Origin: a virus
Length of the DNA stretch: 64,000 nt
Direction: 5' to 3' (one strand)
Virus record (IMG/VR): IMGVR_UViG_3300025723_000034
Span: 2,242-66,241 of that record
Shown: positions 37,601 through 48,500 of the stretch, one piece after another
Numbering within the stretch: position 1 is the first letter of the stretch
Layout of the letters: the number at the start of each line of letters is the position of its first letter
Notes under the pieces: model-generated
Told to the model about the DNA's origin: nothing
What the model saw: only the letters and a program-made list of their open reading frames with translations
Databases searched by the model: none
Made by a program: the position numbers and the translations under genes

Positions 37601-40600
37601 TTTTGAATTGTTGTTCCATTAACTACATGATCCCAACCAGCGGCAAATACTACACAACCTGTTGTACCTGTACTACTTGCTGAACCAGTAGCTGTAATTG
37701 TTACAGCCGGACCGTTTGGATATGTACTTACAGCAAAGCTAGAACTAGATAAGTTCAATGCTAATACATAATAAAGTGTTCCAGCATCAATACCGTTAAA
37801 GCTACTGCTAAATGTAATACCTTGACCGGCTGCCAATGAATTTGTAGCAGTGATTAAGTTATTTGTTGTAGCTGTTGCTGTAACTGTAACTGTTGCTCCA
37901 CTTACTGCTGATAAGCTAGTTACACCGCCTGTAGCTGATGTGTAAACGCTAAATGTTGTAGCAGTAAAGTTTGTACTTTGTACATAATACAATGTAGCTG
38001 CACTTGTTACTCCGCTTGTTACCGCACCAGTTAATCCAGCATAAGTTGAATTTAAATAGATTGGCATACCAGCGTATAAACTTGCTGTACTTGCTACGTT
38101 GAATACTGTAGTCGAGCTAGATGTAATTAAGATTGGTGTAAAAGTATTTTTAATTACTTGAGCAACCTTAGTACCGTTAGTATATGTTAAAATGTCAGCA
38201 ACTTGTCCAACGCCTGTACCAGCAAGCAATTGAATACGCATTTGATTATAAGCGTTGCTCAATGCTGTGTCAGTAGCTGCAATTGTAATGTATCCAGTTG
38301 CGCCACCTTGGCTAGTGTTAGTAGCAGTAACATAACTTGAACCACCAATGCTTGATTGACTTGTTGTACCTGTATCAATTAAACGTGCTTCGAATATACT
38401 TGAATCACGGAATTCGTCAGCTGTTACAGCTACGTTATAACCTGAACCAGCAACTGTAGTGCTTGTGTTAGTATAGTTACTACCAGCATTGGCATACTCT
38501 AAACGCAATACAGCGTTTGTAGCATCTGTTACTGTGTTAGTAATTTGAGCTGGATTATAACGATTGTTCAATGTACCGTAAATAGGTGTTTCTGTTGTAT
38601 CAACACCCTCGGCAACAACACCATATGTACCATATGAGCTGTTACCGTTAGTAGCACGAATACGTCCACCTAGCTCTGCTATATAACCTGCGTAGCTGTA
38701 GTAGTTAAACACTGAAACAAGTTCTGATAACGAACCTGAACCTGTTGTATGCCAGCCTAGGCCGTCACCGATAATACATGTATAGTCGTTGGCAACCATT
38801 GAACGATTTCCGCCTGCGTGTAGTGCGCCGTCGACACGAGCACCAACTACAGCGTAACCAAACATAGTACAGTTTTGTACATAACAGCTTCTCGAGTATA
38901 CCCAAGCGTTACTGTCGTTTGGTCCAAAACCTGGATCTAAACTTGTATATGCTCCGCCAGTTGGACGTTTTGTTCCAAAACTATTTAAAGTACTTGGCAA
39001 TATACCAGTTAAACCATTCATGGTCATATTACGAATGCCACAAGCGTTACGTACTAACCACATATTAGATTTTGCTGAACCATTAACTGCATTTAATAAT
39101 ACTTGAGCGGCTCTTAGTGTTCTATAGTTACCAGTATATTGTAAATCGTATATAATAGCATTTAAGAAATATGTGATATCACTTGTTGTGCTCTTATCTC
39201 CAGTAGCTACATGGTAATAGTTTACTGTCATTGTTGGGCTACCAACTGCTGTTAGTGTAACTGCTGTACCTGTAGCACCAGTATTAGTGTTTGTATAGCC
39301 TTCTGCTGTTGTAATTGTAAAAGAAGTTGTGCTCGGTGTTGTCAATACATAATATACTTTATTAGTAGTGATTCCACCTGCGCTTGTTCCAGAAAATATA
39401 ACTGGATCGTTTACATTCAAATTATGGTTAGCACTAGTGTTAATAACGCTAGTAGTAATACTGCTTACTGTACCACCAAAATTTGCCGCGTAATAAGCTA
39501 CTACTTCTGCTGCCAAGAATGGAATATTGGCACGTAAAATTTCGGCACCTTGAATAATACCTTGATTATTATTATAAGTTGTAGTTCCATTTACTTGCGG
39601 AGTAGCATATTGCCCTTGATTTAAATAATTAACAATCAATTGAACACTATTTCCAGCCGATGTTGCTTGTGTACTATAGCTAGCTAGTGTTATCGCAATT
39701 AAACTGCTTAGGTAATACATACTAGCTGTAGTAGCTGTAAGTTCATACCCTTGTACTTGATAATCTTGTGTACGATTGTAAGCACGACCAGCTTGTATAC
39801 TAGCATAATTGCTACCTAACACAGCATCCAACATAGCTGCCAATGTTACATTATTTGTATCACGTTGAGCGTATGTTGTATTATATGATAATGCTGGATA
39901 GTTAGTATTAATATAATTTACAACACTTGTTTGATAAGTTGGAATAGCCGCACTTGCTGTAGCATAAGCTGCCAATGCTTGACTATTTGCCCAACCTACA
40001 TATGGCATATTAATTGTTTGAACAGCGATTGATAAACCTGTACCGGCTGTGAATACTGCTGATCCTAATGCTGAACCATTATAGCTTGTTGCTAATGTAA
40101 ATGTACTTGTAGTTGGAACACTTACAACATAATACGGAGTTCCTGAACCGATTATAGTTGAAACAAACCCGTTTGATGTTGTTTGTGGAATAACTATGTC
40201 ACCTACAACTAGACCGTGTGCGGCACTAGTTGTAAATGATGTTGTTGAAGTTCCAGCAATAGTTGTAATTGTTGCTGTTGGAGCACCCGAAGTTAAACCG
40301 TTTGAAACAAAGTTTGTAACTAATGTTAACAATGTACCAATACGACCCGCATCGCGTGATGAGCCAACATAACCACTAGTTGTTGGCAATACTTGTGTAA
40401 CTGTACCTTGTAAAGGACTTGCTACAGTTGTTCCAACAACTACAGATTGTGCTAAAGTACTTACATAACCAATTGTTGCCGCAAATGCTGAGCCGAATCC
40501 TGAAGTAATTTGTGTACCATACAATGCTGAATAGTAAGCCATACCAGCATTTTGACTTGCCCAGTTACCGCCGTAATTCATATCATAATGAATAGCGTCT

Positions 40601-43600
40601 AAAATATAAGACATATCTCTGTTAGCTTTAGCTACAGAATACGCAGGGTTAGTTAATAGACTTGAATAGTTTGCGTTAAAATAAGCAATTGATTCAGCCA
40701 ACAAGAATGCTCTGTTAGATTCTAGTAAACTTATTGTAGCTTCTGCGTCAGAATATGTTACAACTTGTATAGCACCAGAGTTAACTTGAGTTACGTTGAT
40801 AACAATATCATTAGTAGAACGTTGTCCGCCAATGCTATCGCCATATATACGAAGTTTACTACTTGTTGTATAGCTGGCGCCCGGAGTTGTTACGGTAATT
40901 TGATAGTTGTAATAACCATTACCATTACTTGCTCTAGTAATTGTAAATGCCGCTGTACCGTCACCCCCACCCGAAGTAGAACCAGCAGTTACTCCTGTAT
41001 ATGTTGCTAATGGAAGAGCTGGCTGACTCCATGTGATTGCCATTGGAACTGCACCGCCTTGTAGATAATTTGTTAAATCATCAATAGTAGTCTGAATTTG
41101 TACAGCCGCTCCACTTGCAGCAATATTTTTCATTTTGTAATACATGAAATTAATTGCGCCAAGTGTTGGAGCTAATTCACCGCTACTTGCTGAACGAAGA
41201 TTTGTAGCACTAGTATTAGCACGATTAAATGCACGTCCAGCTTGGATAGCATTAAAGTTAGTGCCTAGTACCATATCATATGCTAGAGCATTAATAATTA
41301 ACGTAGCATCACGGTTAATTAACGAACTGTTAACAAAAGTAACTGATTGATAATATTTGCTTACCCAAACAGTAGCATCACTGGCAATATTACTTGTTAA
41401 ACTTGTAATTGAAGAATATGCTGTTTGTAATGCGCTACTTGCTCCACCAGTATATGGAACTACTGTGGTATCTGCTGCCGCATTGTTAATCCAGTTAATA
41501 ACGTTTTGAATACGATCCTGAGCAAATCCACCTGCTGCACTACTTCCTGGTGATCCTGCGGTAGTTTGTGTTACAACGTTTCCTGATGTAACACCACCAT
41601 TGCTAGCCACAGATAGACCTTGTGCTACTAAATTAATAATAGCTTTTAAACGTCCAAGACCGGCTGTAAATCCAGCAACTTGTCCAGATGTAATTTGTAA
41701 TTGATACAATGAATAGTAAGCAGAACCTGCTACTAAACTTTGAGTATTTCCACCATAAGTTAAATCGTATAATACACTATCTAAAATATAACGTAAATCT
41801 CTTTCTCCCAATGCTGGAAGAGTAATGCTATAATTGTTAGTAATATACTGTAAAGTATCAGTAATTAAAAACTTATAGTTTTGTTGAATTTGAGCTACCG
41901 CATATCCATAACCAGTTGTAACGCCAGTAGCATTACTGCCAGTTGTTGTAGCGTAAGCAATATTTGTCAACGAACTAGTATTATAGTTGGTAGGCTGTGG
42001 CATTACAATAGTTGGTTCGCCACCTAGTCCACTAGCAACTAATTCATATAATATATTGAAACTAGATTGTAGATTACTAATAGCAGTTGAACTACCTGTA
42101 GATCCTGCTGGTAAACTTGTTACTTGTGCTACAGTATTTCCAGATGTTGGAGTAATAGATGTATTAGAAATTAAGTTAGGAATTAAACTTCTAATGCGTG
42201 TCATTGCTGATACATTTTTTGGAATTACAGTTGCTAATTGTGGGTCTGCCGAATAAGGCTGAACAACAGTACTACGTAATTCATCGCCAACTAATGCTGT
42301 ATAACTTGGCACGTTGATTGGAAGAATTTCGTTATATGTACCTGTTTTAATACTAATTGTAGTATTAGGTGTAATCGCTGTTGGACTACCAGTGTTAGTG
42401 CCGTTATTTAATGCTGTAGTAATATATCCAACTAGTGTCGATATCTTAGCAGTAACACCTGATTCAGCAGTATAGTTAGTATTGATTTGTTGTTTTGCTT
42501 GTACACTTGAAGATACTCCGTTTAATGTTTGATAAACACTAGTAGGAGCAACATTACCTAATACAGCAACCATTAAAGTATTAGCCAAGTAACTTTCACT
42601 ATCTACGAAAGGTTTAATATCATAAGAGTTAACTCCAGATATTAAAGATCCATTACTAAAGAAAGAATTTAAATTGGTAATAGTACCGTATGTACCTCCG
42701 CGAGATACGTCAAAGATTAAACCTTGAATAATTAACCCAGCATCACGTTCTGTCTTACTTGCGTTGTACACATAAGTACCTACGTTTGCTGTGCCAGTAC
42801 CTACTGTGAACAATGAAGGACTACCTTGTGTAGCAAGAGCATAACTTGTAGCAATAGTAAATGTTGATGAACTTGGGATAGTTGCTACCCAATATGTTGT
42901 GCCTGCTCCAATATTTCCAGAACTATTAGTAAAACTAATTGGCATACCTTGATACAATTTTGCTGTAGTAACTTGTGCAGCATTATTTGAACCACCAACA
43001 GTAATAGTAGTACCACTAGTACCAGTTACGTTAACACTATATTGATTTTGAACATAGTTATTAACTTCTTTCATCATAAACTGTTTGTTTATGGTTAATA
43101 AGAATTTGGCGTTTGTATTTAAATAACCATCTTCTACTTGTTGGCAAGCATAACGAATACTTGCCCAAGGTTTGTCAATAGTGGTTCCTTGGCCATTTGT
43201 AATTACGTCAGCGCCATTTGGTGCTACGAATACAATATTATTAATTTGGCCATAATACTGCCATGATGGAACATTGTTGTTTACACGTAAAATTTGGCCG
43301 TCTGTACCAATTGGTAGACGTGTTGGACCGTTACTACCATAGTAGAACATGTCGCCCTGTGTAGTTAACACAGCTTGTTCAGTACCAGATGCTAATAAGT
43401 TCCAATATGTAGCTGTTATATCGTTGTCAGGACGATTACCACTTGCGGCAATATGAGCAAGTGTACAAATGTAACTACTTACACCCCATAGTACAACGTC
43501 ACCTGCTACATAAGTAACACCAGCACCCCATGTACTACTAATACCGTTAGTGCTTACCGCTGTAACACCACCAGAGTTTACGCTAGTAACAGTTAATATT

Positions 43601-45483
43601 AAATCGTTAGCTGGACTTAATCCGCCTAAACTTGTACCTAAAATCTTAATTGTATCATTAAGATTATAACCAGAACCTGCTGTAGTTCTTGTTGCTGTAT
43701 AAATTGTATTTTTTGCTACAATAGTAAAAGCTGCACTTGTACCGCTTCCTACAACGTTTGTTCCTGATACGTTTGTGTATGTTCCTTGAGTAGGATTCCA
43801 CTTCATACCAGAATTCAATTGACTCCAATATGTTGTATATGGAGGTTTTGGACTAGCAGTTAATGTTAGACTTAAACCAGTGGCTGTTCCTACTGTATAT
43901 TGGCTTCCACCTACAGATGTACTTAATACAACAGTTGTTGAATTTAATACTAATAATACATAGTACGTTGCTGTTGTTGAAAGTAAACTAGATCCAACTG
44001 ATCCGCTAAATGTTACAGGAATGTTTACTGGCAAATTAGTTGTTGAATTAACAGTAACAGTATTCGAAACTGCTGTTAAACTTACATTAGTGTAGCCGCC
44101 GATTGGGCCGCTAACGTTTGAACTAATTGTAAAGGTTGGGCTAGCACCAGAAACAATATATGTTCCTGCTGGCATATTTGTTCCAGAAAGTACTGATCCA
44201 ATTGTTGGAACAGTTCCGCTTACATAAGTTAATGTTGTGCCGTTAAAATTGCCTACAAAACTAACTGAACTATTAGTTGTTGCTGTAGCAGTTACAGAAA
44301 CTGGACCATTGTCAGCAATAGCCAAATATGTGTATCCATCATTGCGAACTACACTACCAACTTTATAACTATTTGCGCTAGACCAGTCACCTTGGAAAGT
44401 AAATCCAGTTGTAAATGGCTGCCAGTAAGCAGTTTGTGTTGAAGGAGCTTGATTAACGCCGTTTTGAATAGCTGTATAGGTGTAACCACCATAAGTTACT
44501 GTATCGCCGACGATGTAATTAGTAGCCGAATTCCAAGAATTTTGGAATTCAAAACCGTTTACAAAAACGCTGAACTTATTAGCGTCAAGTGTTGTACCTG
44601 TACTAGTATGTTGTGTTGTACATATCCATAAGTCAGCACCGTAAGTGACAACATCGTTTACACGGTAACGTGTGCTTGTTGCCCAGGTGCCTTGATAGAT
44701 AATACCGGCATTAAAAATATCCCACTTACCTTGATCGTTTTCTAAACCAAGTGCTGTAGTTGATGCTGATACGTGAGCGGCATTACATAGATATGTATAG
44801 CCACCATATGTAACTAAATCACGAGCTTTGTATCGTGTGTTAGATGTCCAGCCTCCAGAAATCCAATTGATATTTTGAGCAAATGCTGTCCAGCTACTTT
44901 GGTTAGCTTCTAATCCTAGTTGGCTTGTTCCACTAACTGTACCTAATGTAACTGCTGTATAAGTTCCAGTTAAGGCAAATGTAACTTGTGTTGTAGAACA
45001 ACTTACAACAGTAAATGTTGTATTAATTGTATTAACTGTACCACTTGTAGTAGTAGGAGTGAAACCTGCTAAAGTAATTGTTGAACCAACTAAAAATGGT
45101 TGTACTACTTGTGTAGCATAAGTTAAAGTAGCTGTTCCAGTACTGACTGTAAATGCTGTGGCTGTTAACGTAGCAGTAGAACTAGCACTAGTGTGAGCAG
45201 TAGTACATTGATATACTATGCCACCATATTGGACTTGATCCCCTAGCTGATAATAAGTTGAGTTAGACCAAGCTCCAGTCCAACGACTACCATCGGCCAC
45301 CAAATTCCAGTAAGGAGTTATGTTGTTTAAATCTGTAGCAAATAAGCTAGAACTTGTATTGCTTATTACGCAAATATAAGTCTTTCCGCCCACTGTTACT
45401 ACGTCATCAACCACATATGATGTGCTTGGTGCCCATGTACCTTGGTACACAAACTTAATTCTACCTAGTTTAAATTCAGCCAT
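34621..45483 (-). CDS. Giant virion structural / fibre protein (3620 aa)
   Basis: Uninterrupted ORF. N-terminal G.W...Y...DVV.YGG..Y.C repeats (CBM5/12-like). Beta-helix-like segments (KPWASIRYA, IKTGTYNE.LPI.VP, YVQNCT). VAYG.G.FVAV propeller-like repeats. Very Ser/Thr/Gly-rich. Confidence 0.8.
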   Translation of the reverse strand: MAEFKLGRIKFVYQGTWAPSTSYVVDDVVTVGGKTYICVISNTSSSLFATDLNNITPYWNLVADGSRWTGAWSNSTYYQLGDQVQYGGIVYQCTTAHTSASSTATLTATAFTVSTGTATLTYATQVVQPFLVGSTITLAGFTPTTTSGTVNTINTTFTVVSCSTTQVTFALTGTYTAVTLGTVSGTSQLGLEANQSSWTAFAQNINWISGGWTSNTRYKARDLVTYGGYTYLCNAAHVSASTTALGLENDQGKWDIFNAGIIYQGTWATSTRYRVNDVVTYGADLWICTTQHTSTGTTLDANKFSVFVNGFEFQNSWNSATNYIVGDTVTYGGYTYTAIQNGVNQAPSTQTAYWQPFTTGFTFQGDWSSANSYKVGSVVRNDGYTYLAIADNGPVSVTATATTNSSVSFVGNFNGTTLTYVSGTVPTIGSVLSGTNMPAGTYIVSGASPTFTISSNVSGPIGGYTNVSLTAVSNTVTVNSTTNLPVNIPVTFSGSVGSSLLSTTATYYVLLVLNSTTVVLSTSVGGSQYTVGTATGLSLTLTASPKPPYTTYWSQLNSGMKWNPTQGTYTNVSGTNVVGSGTSAAFTIVAKNTIYTATRTTAGSGYNLNDTIKILGTSLGGLSPANDLILTVTSVNSGGVTAVSTNGISSTWGAGVTYVAGDVVLWGVSSYICTLAHIAASGNRPDNDITATYWNLLASGTEQAVLTTQGDMFYYGSNGPTRLPIGTDGQILRVNNNVPSWQYYGQINNIVFVAPNGADVITNGQGTTIDKPWASIRYACQQVEDGYLNTNAKFLLTINKQFMMKEVNNYVQNQYSVNVTGTSGTTITVGGSNNAAQVTTAKLYQGMPISFTNSSGNIGAGTTYWVATIPSSSTFTIATSYALATQGSPSLFTVGTGTANVGTYVYNASKTERDAGLIIQGLIFDVSRGGTYGTITNLNSFFSNGSLISGVNSYDIKPFVDSESYLANTLMVAVLGNVAPTSVYQTLNGVSSSVQAKQQINTNYTAESGVTAKISTLVGYITTALNNGTNTGSPTAITPNTTISIKTGTYNEILPINVPSYTALVGDELRSTVVQPYSADPQLATVIPKNVSAMTRIRSLIPNLISNTSITPTSGNTVAQVTSLPAGSTGSSTAISNLQSSFNILYELVASGLGGEPTIVMPQPTNYNTSSLTNIAYATTTGSNATGVTTGYGYAVAQIQQNYKFLITDTLQYITNNYSITLPALGERDLRYILDSVLYDLTYGGNTQSLVAGSAYYSLYQLQITSGQVAGFTAGLGRLKAIINLVAQGLSVASNGGVTSGNVVTQTTAGSPGSSAAGGFAQDRIQNVINWINNAAADTTVVPYTGGASSALQTAYSSITSLTSNIASDATVWVSKYYQSVTFVNSSLINRDATLIINALAYDMVLGTNFNAIQAGRAFNRANTSATNLRSASSGELAPTLGAINFMYYKMKNIAASGAAVQIQTTIDDLTNYLQGGAVPMAITWSQPALPLATYTGVTAGSTSGGGDGTAAFTITRASNGNGYYNYQITVTTPGASYTTSSKLRIYGDSIGGQRSTNDIVINVTQVNSGAIQVVTYSDAEATISLLESNRAFLLAESIAYFNANYSSLLTNPAYSVAKANRDMSYILDAIHYDMNYGGNWASQNAGMAYYSALYGTQITSGFGSAFAATIGYVSTLAQSVVVGTTVASPLQGTVTQVLPTTSGYVGSSRDAGRIGTLLTLVTNFVSNGLTSGAPTATITTIAGTSTTSFTTSAAHGLVVGDIVIPQTTSNGFVSTIIGSGTPYYVVSVPTTSTFTLATSYNGSALGSAVFTAGTGLSIAVQTINMPYVGWANSQALAAYATASAAIPTYQTSVVNYINTNYPALSYNTTYAQRDTNNVTLAAMLDAVLGSNYASIQAGRAYNRTQDYQVQGYELTATTASMYYLSSLIAITLASYSTQATSAGNSVQLIVNYLNQGQYATPQVNGTTTYNNNQGIIQGAEILRANIPFLAAEVVAYYAANFGGTVSSITTSVINTSANHNLNVNDPVIFSGTSAGGITTNKVYYVLTTPSTTSFTITTAEGYTNTNTGATGTAVTLTAVGSPTMTVNYYHVATGDKSTTSDITYFLNAIIYDLQYTGNYRTLRAAQVLLNAVNGSAKSNMWLVRNACGIRNMTMNGLTGILPSTLNSFGTKRPTGGAYTSLDPGFGPNDSNAWVYSRSCYVQNCTMFGYAVVGARVDGALHAGGNRSMVANDYTCIIGDGLGWHTTGSGSLSELVSVFNYYSYAGYIAELGGRIRATNGNSSYGTYGVVAEGVDTTETPIYGTLNNRYNPAQITNTVTDATNAVLRLEYANAGSNYTNTSTTVAGSGYNVAVTADEFRDSSIFEARLIDTGTTSQSSIGGSSYVTATNTSQGGATGYITIAATDTALSNAYNQMRIQLLAGTGVGQVADILTYTNGTKVAQVIKNTFTPILITSSSTTVFNVASTASLYAGMPIYLNSTYAGLTGAVTSGVTSAATLYYVQSTNFTATTFSVYTSATGGVTSLSAVSGATVTVTATATTNNLITATNSLAAGQGITFSSSFNGIDAGTLYYVLALNLSSSSFAVSTYPNGPAVTITATGSASSTGTTGCVVFAAGWDHVVNGTTIQNTLDLTSGYIIEPRISYSSPGYTASARTIPSASYSGVAYGAGSFVAVSTGGSATAYSSNGKTWTSGGGLGSSTTWTNVVYGGGQGAVATANVGGFGGTGAVLQAVIGTGTNATQIVAINIISGGYNYTTPPNIVITGGGGSGATATCTVLNGAIQTVTMTINGSGYSSVPTVTANTGIVSSVTMNSWGKNYYVLGNISITFSQPQGLNPTAFALNTSVTVGSYIQTGAGKIYYVASTGITSPSVTPTFDYTSATYNGVANGTCTLNYVATQAQGTAVLTNNGISAITLSVAGYGYTNVPSITIADSGAFFMTVSSGTTAVAYATPTGIAGSWLTATSAGSNQSLRWVAYGGGTFVAVGGSSGTGVALASSTPNNLSVKGNITSLSGSAYYSSVAYGAGVFVAVSTGSSSVSSYTPNSSANWYSAGALPSATNWVSVAFGNNRFVALAANGYIGLQFITNLNTTSSSSWVSVPNCVGTTTSILSSSITWTNITYGQGLFVATGQGTVCATSHDGINWTIQAMPGSSTNWSGAALGNPISTTLGAQPIWVAVSSSSGTAAASIRTGAKTAGRLKAFGGSITETRLSEPGSGYPKGNVTTTGTALITVDDTTNLSSSLANNQPIEFTGMDAYGLTSNVTYYVIGSTVTSTQFSVTTTPGSATVVPLTAGSGLAGTYRAGPVVTQYDPNRVTTAGIRVRMGDGALANPTFTNRGTNNATATSTTTGDGYGDLYQNASYINVANLYSMPSPGANVQFATIGGTAQWYKLVSITNQLGTAGNYTATFQINPAMTTLLAPTHGTLITTRLKYSQVRLTGHDFLYIGTGNQTQTNYPYVIAANAIQANQELNTGGGRTFFTSTDQDGNFNVGNLFGVQQSTGTATLNASAFNLAGLQSLTLGAVSLGVGSATITQFSTDPYFTANSDNVLPTQKAIKAYITAQIGGGSSSLNVNTITSGQIYIANNTISNTSGNQIYVSSKMLFTGGIDGAPVALAFFSQR
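38617..38658. repeat. 42-bp perfect repeat, copy 1 (copy 2 at 50752-50793)
   Basis: AACACCATATGTACCATATGAGCTGTTACCGTTAGTAGCACG is identical in both giant genes. Confidence 0.9.
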
Positions 45484-45504
45484 TTTATTTTATTCCTCTG
45501 ATAA

Positions 45505-45512
45505 TATTTATC
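45505..45512 (-). promoter_or_regulatory. Late promoter box (GATAAATA) for the 3620-aa gene
   Basis: Lies 21 nt upstream of the ATG, with a GAGGA RBS in between. Confidence 0.6.
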
Positions 45513-45531
45513 TCATTTGCATAATTAGGTT

Positions 45532-48500
45532 TTAGTTACCGCCAAATCCAATGCGTCCAGTTTTATGGGTTCCGCCTCTTATAAAGAAGTCTAAAGCTGC
45601 CATACTACCGTCAACACCGTTACCGTTGATATATACCTTATTTGCCATTTTTACTACAGATCCATTAACACCGTTAGCTATGGTGGATCTTATATAATTT
45701 GCTCCACCCACTACAACTGTACCAGCAGTCAATTGTCCGGTAAATGTATTTGAACCACCTTGACTTAGACGACCTGTTAAATATGCTTTAATAGCTCGCT
45801 GTGTTGGCAATGCAGCGTCGCTATTAGCTGTAAATGTTGTGTCAGTACTAAATTGTGTAACTACAACACTAGAACCACCAACACTAATACCACCCAAGCT
45901 CAAACTGTTTAGTCCGCTTAGTCCAAACTGGCTAGCACTTAATGTAACAATACCCGTTGCCTGTTGTACTCCAAATAGTCCGCCTACTTTAAAGTTACCA
46001 TCTTGGTCTGTACTTGTATAGAATACACGACCATAGTTGGTTTCAACAGTCTGATTACTTGGAGTGCTAGCATATCCACTTAAAGGATAGCCAGGATAGT
46101 TACTGTTTGCTTGGTCACCGTAACCAATATTTAAGAAGTCATGGTTGGTTAAACGTGCTTGACTATATTTGCTTCGAATACTCACTTGAGTTCCGTTAGC
46201 AGTTGAGTTAGCAACACTTATACTTGGGCTTACAAAAACGTTAGCTTCTAATAATGGCACTACAGTATTAAACACGCTATAGGCACTAGTTACTTTATAA
46301 ATCTGACTTACACCAGAAATAGTTAAGTTATCACCTGGGCTAGGTAATCTTGTTAAGTTATTTAAAACAAGCATTAGTCCAGTTTGATATGTATCAGCAA
46401 ATCCGTTACCTGTAATAACAACCTGTGTACTTGCTGTAGTATATCCAGTACCTCTGTTATAGAAAGTCGGACTACTTAATACACCGTTACTAGTTCTTGG
46501 ATTTACTACTGCCAATGTTGTAACGTTCGGATCTGAGAACGTAGCGGTTGGTACTATTGGAGTATTTCCATTAATATATCCAGAACCTGGTTCCCATTCA
46601 CTAATGTAGTTAATAACTCCAGAGTTTACAGTTGCTCTTCCTTTTGTAATACAACCCGCACTAATAGTACTGCCAGTCGATTGTCCGGCTAATGTCACAA
46701 ACACGCCGTTGTAAGATACACCTGTATAACCAAAACATGCCGCACTATATCCATCATTGGTTACTGTTTGTTGTATCCATTGAATACCATCTTCACTAGT
46801 ATAAGCGGTAGTTGACGCATTGTTTAATGCTAAGAATACGCCTTGTCCATATCTTACTATCGTTGCAGCAATAGCAATAGTGCTACTGTACCAAGTTTTT
46901 CCATCAAAACTATAGCAAGTTAATCCAGATAAGCTAGACACAGCTAAGAACATACCTTGACCAAATGTTACACTTACCCAACGTCCAGCTGGCATAGTAC
47001 TTGCTATCCAAGTTATACCATTTGTACTATACGCGGCTCCTGTGCTTGTTGCGGCAAAGAAACTGTAAGTTCCAGATCCTAAGCCAGTAAAATTATTACT
47101 TACTGTAATTGTTCCAGTTCCAGAATCTACGTTAGTTACAGTAGTTCCAGATGGAAGTCCTGCTCCAGATACTATTTGTCCTACTATGATTCCGCTTGTA
47201 CTTGTCACAGTAAATGTATTAGTAGAACTAGATCCGCCACCAGTTAATGCTTGTGTTACTAAAGCTGACCCAGTGCTTGATACAGCAACAAATAAATTAT
47301 TACCATATGCTATGCTACTCCACGCGGCAGTGCTAGGCAATGTTGAAGCAGTCCATGTAGCACCATAATTTGTACTATAGGCCGCACTATTTGTTCCAGT
47401 TGCTATGGCAACAAATGTTCCATTACCGTACACAACTTTATTCCATGTAGTAGCACTTGGTAATGTATAGCTTCTCCAACCTAAACCATTTGATTTACTT
47501 ACGGCAACTGTGCTATTTGAAGCACCGCCAGAACTAATAATTACCCAATAACCATTTCCATAAGCAACACTTGTCCATGTTTTACTGCTAGGCAATGATA
47601 ATGATGTCCAACTTGAACCATCTGTTGAGTACGCAGCCAATGTGTTTGTACTAGGTATTGCTACAAACAATCCGTTACCGTATGCCACTGATGACCAAGT
47701 TGTGCCCGCCGCCAAGCTAACAGTACTTGTAGCAACTGTTTGAGTAAATGGAGGTGCTGAGTAAATTGTTCTAGGCTCAATATAGTATACAGAAGTATTG
47801 TCTAATACTGATTGTATTGGTGTTCCTGGATTGATATGATCCCAGCCCACAGCTGCAACATTCATGGAACCTGTTTTAGTAACTATACTAATTGGACTAG
47901 CACTAGTTGATGTTCCAGATATTGTTCCTGTTGATAACGAAACAGCAAATGTCGATGTACTTGGGATAGACTGAACATAATATGTTTGTCCTAAGGTAAT
48001 CCCGCCAAATAATGATGTTGAGAATGTACCATTCATTGAACCAATACCTAATGACAATGCTGTCTTAGATTGTGTACTTGTGCCAGTCATTGTTCCAGTT
48101 CCGCCTGTTAACGCAAGAGCCGCTGGACAAGTATTCAATGTCATTGAACCAGTTGCTCCGTTTAAGTTAACGTTAGGACCGCCTGGTGATTGGCTAATTG
48201 TAAACGTTGTACTACTTTGAACTGTTGAAATATAGTAAACCGATTCAGTTTTAATTGCTGAATCGAAACTTGTTCCAATAAATTTAATTGGTTGATTAAT
48301 TTGGAATAAGCTAGTATCTGAACAAGTAAGCAAGTTACTAATTGTAGTAGTTTGCGTAACTGTTTGTGTAATTAAACTTGCTGAGATTGTAAATGTAGTT
48401 GAGTTAATAATATTACTGATATAATATTTTGTACTATCTGTAATAGAACTATCAAAAACGTTAGTTAATAATATTGGTGTTAACAATACCAATGAACTAG

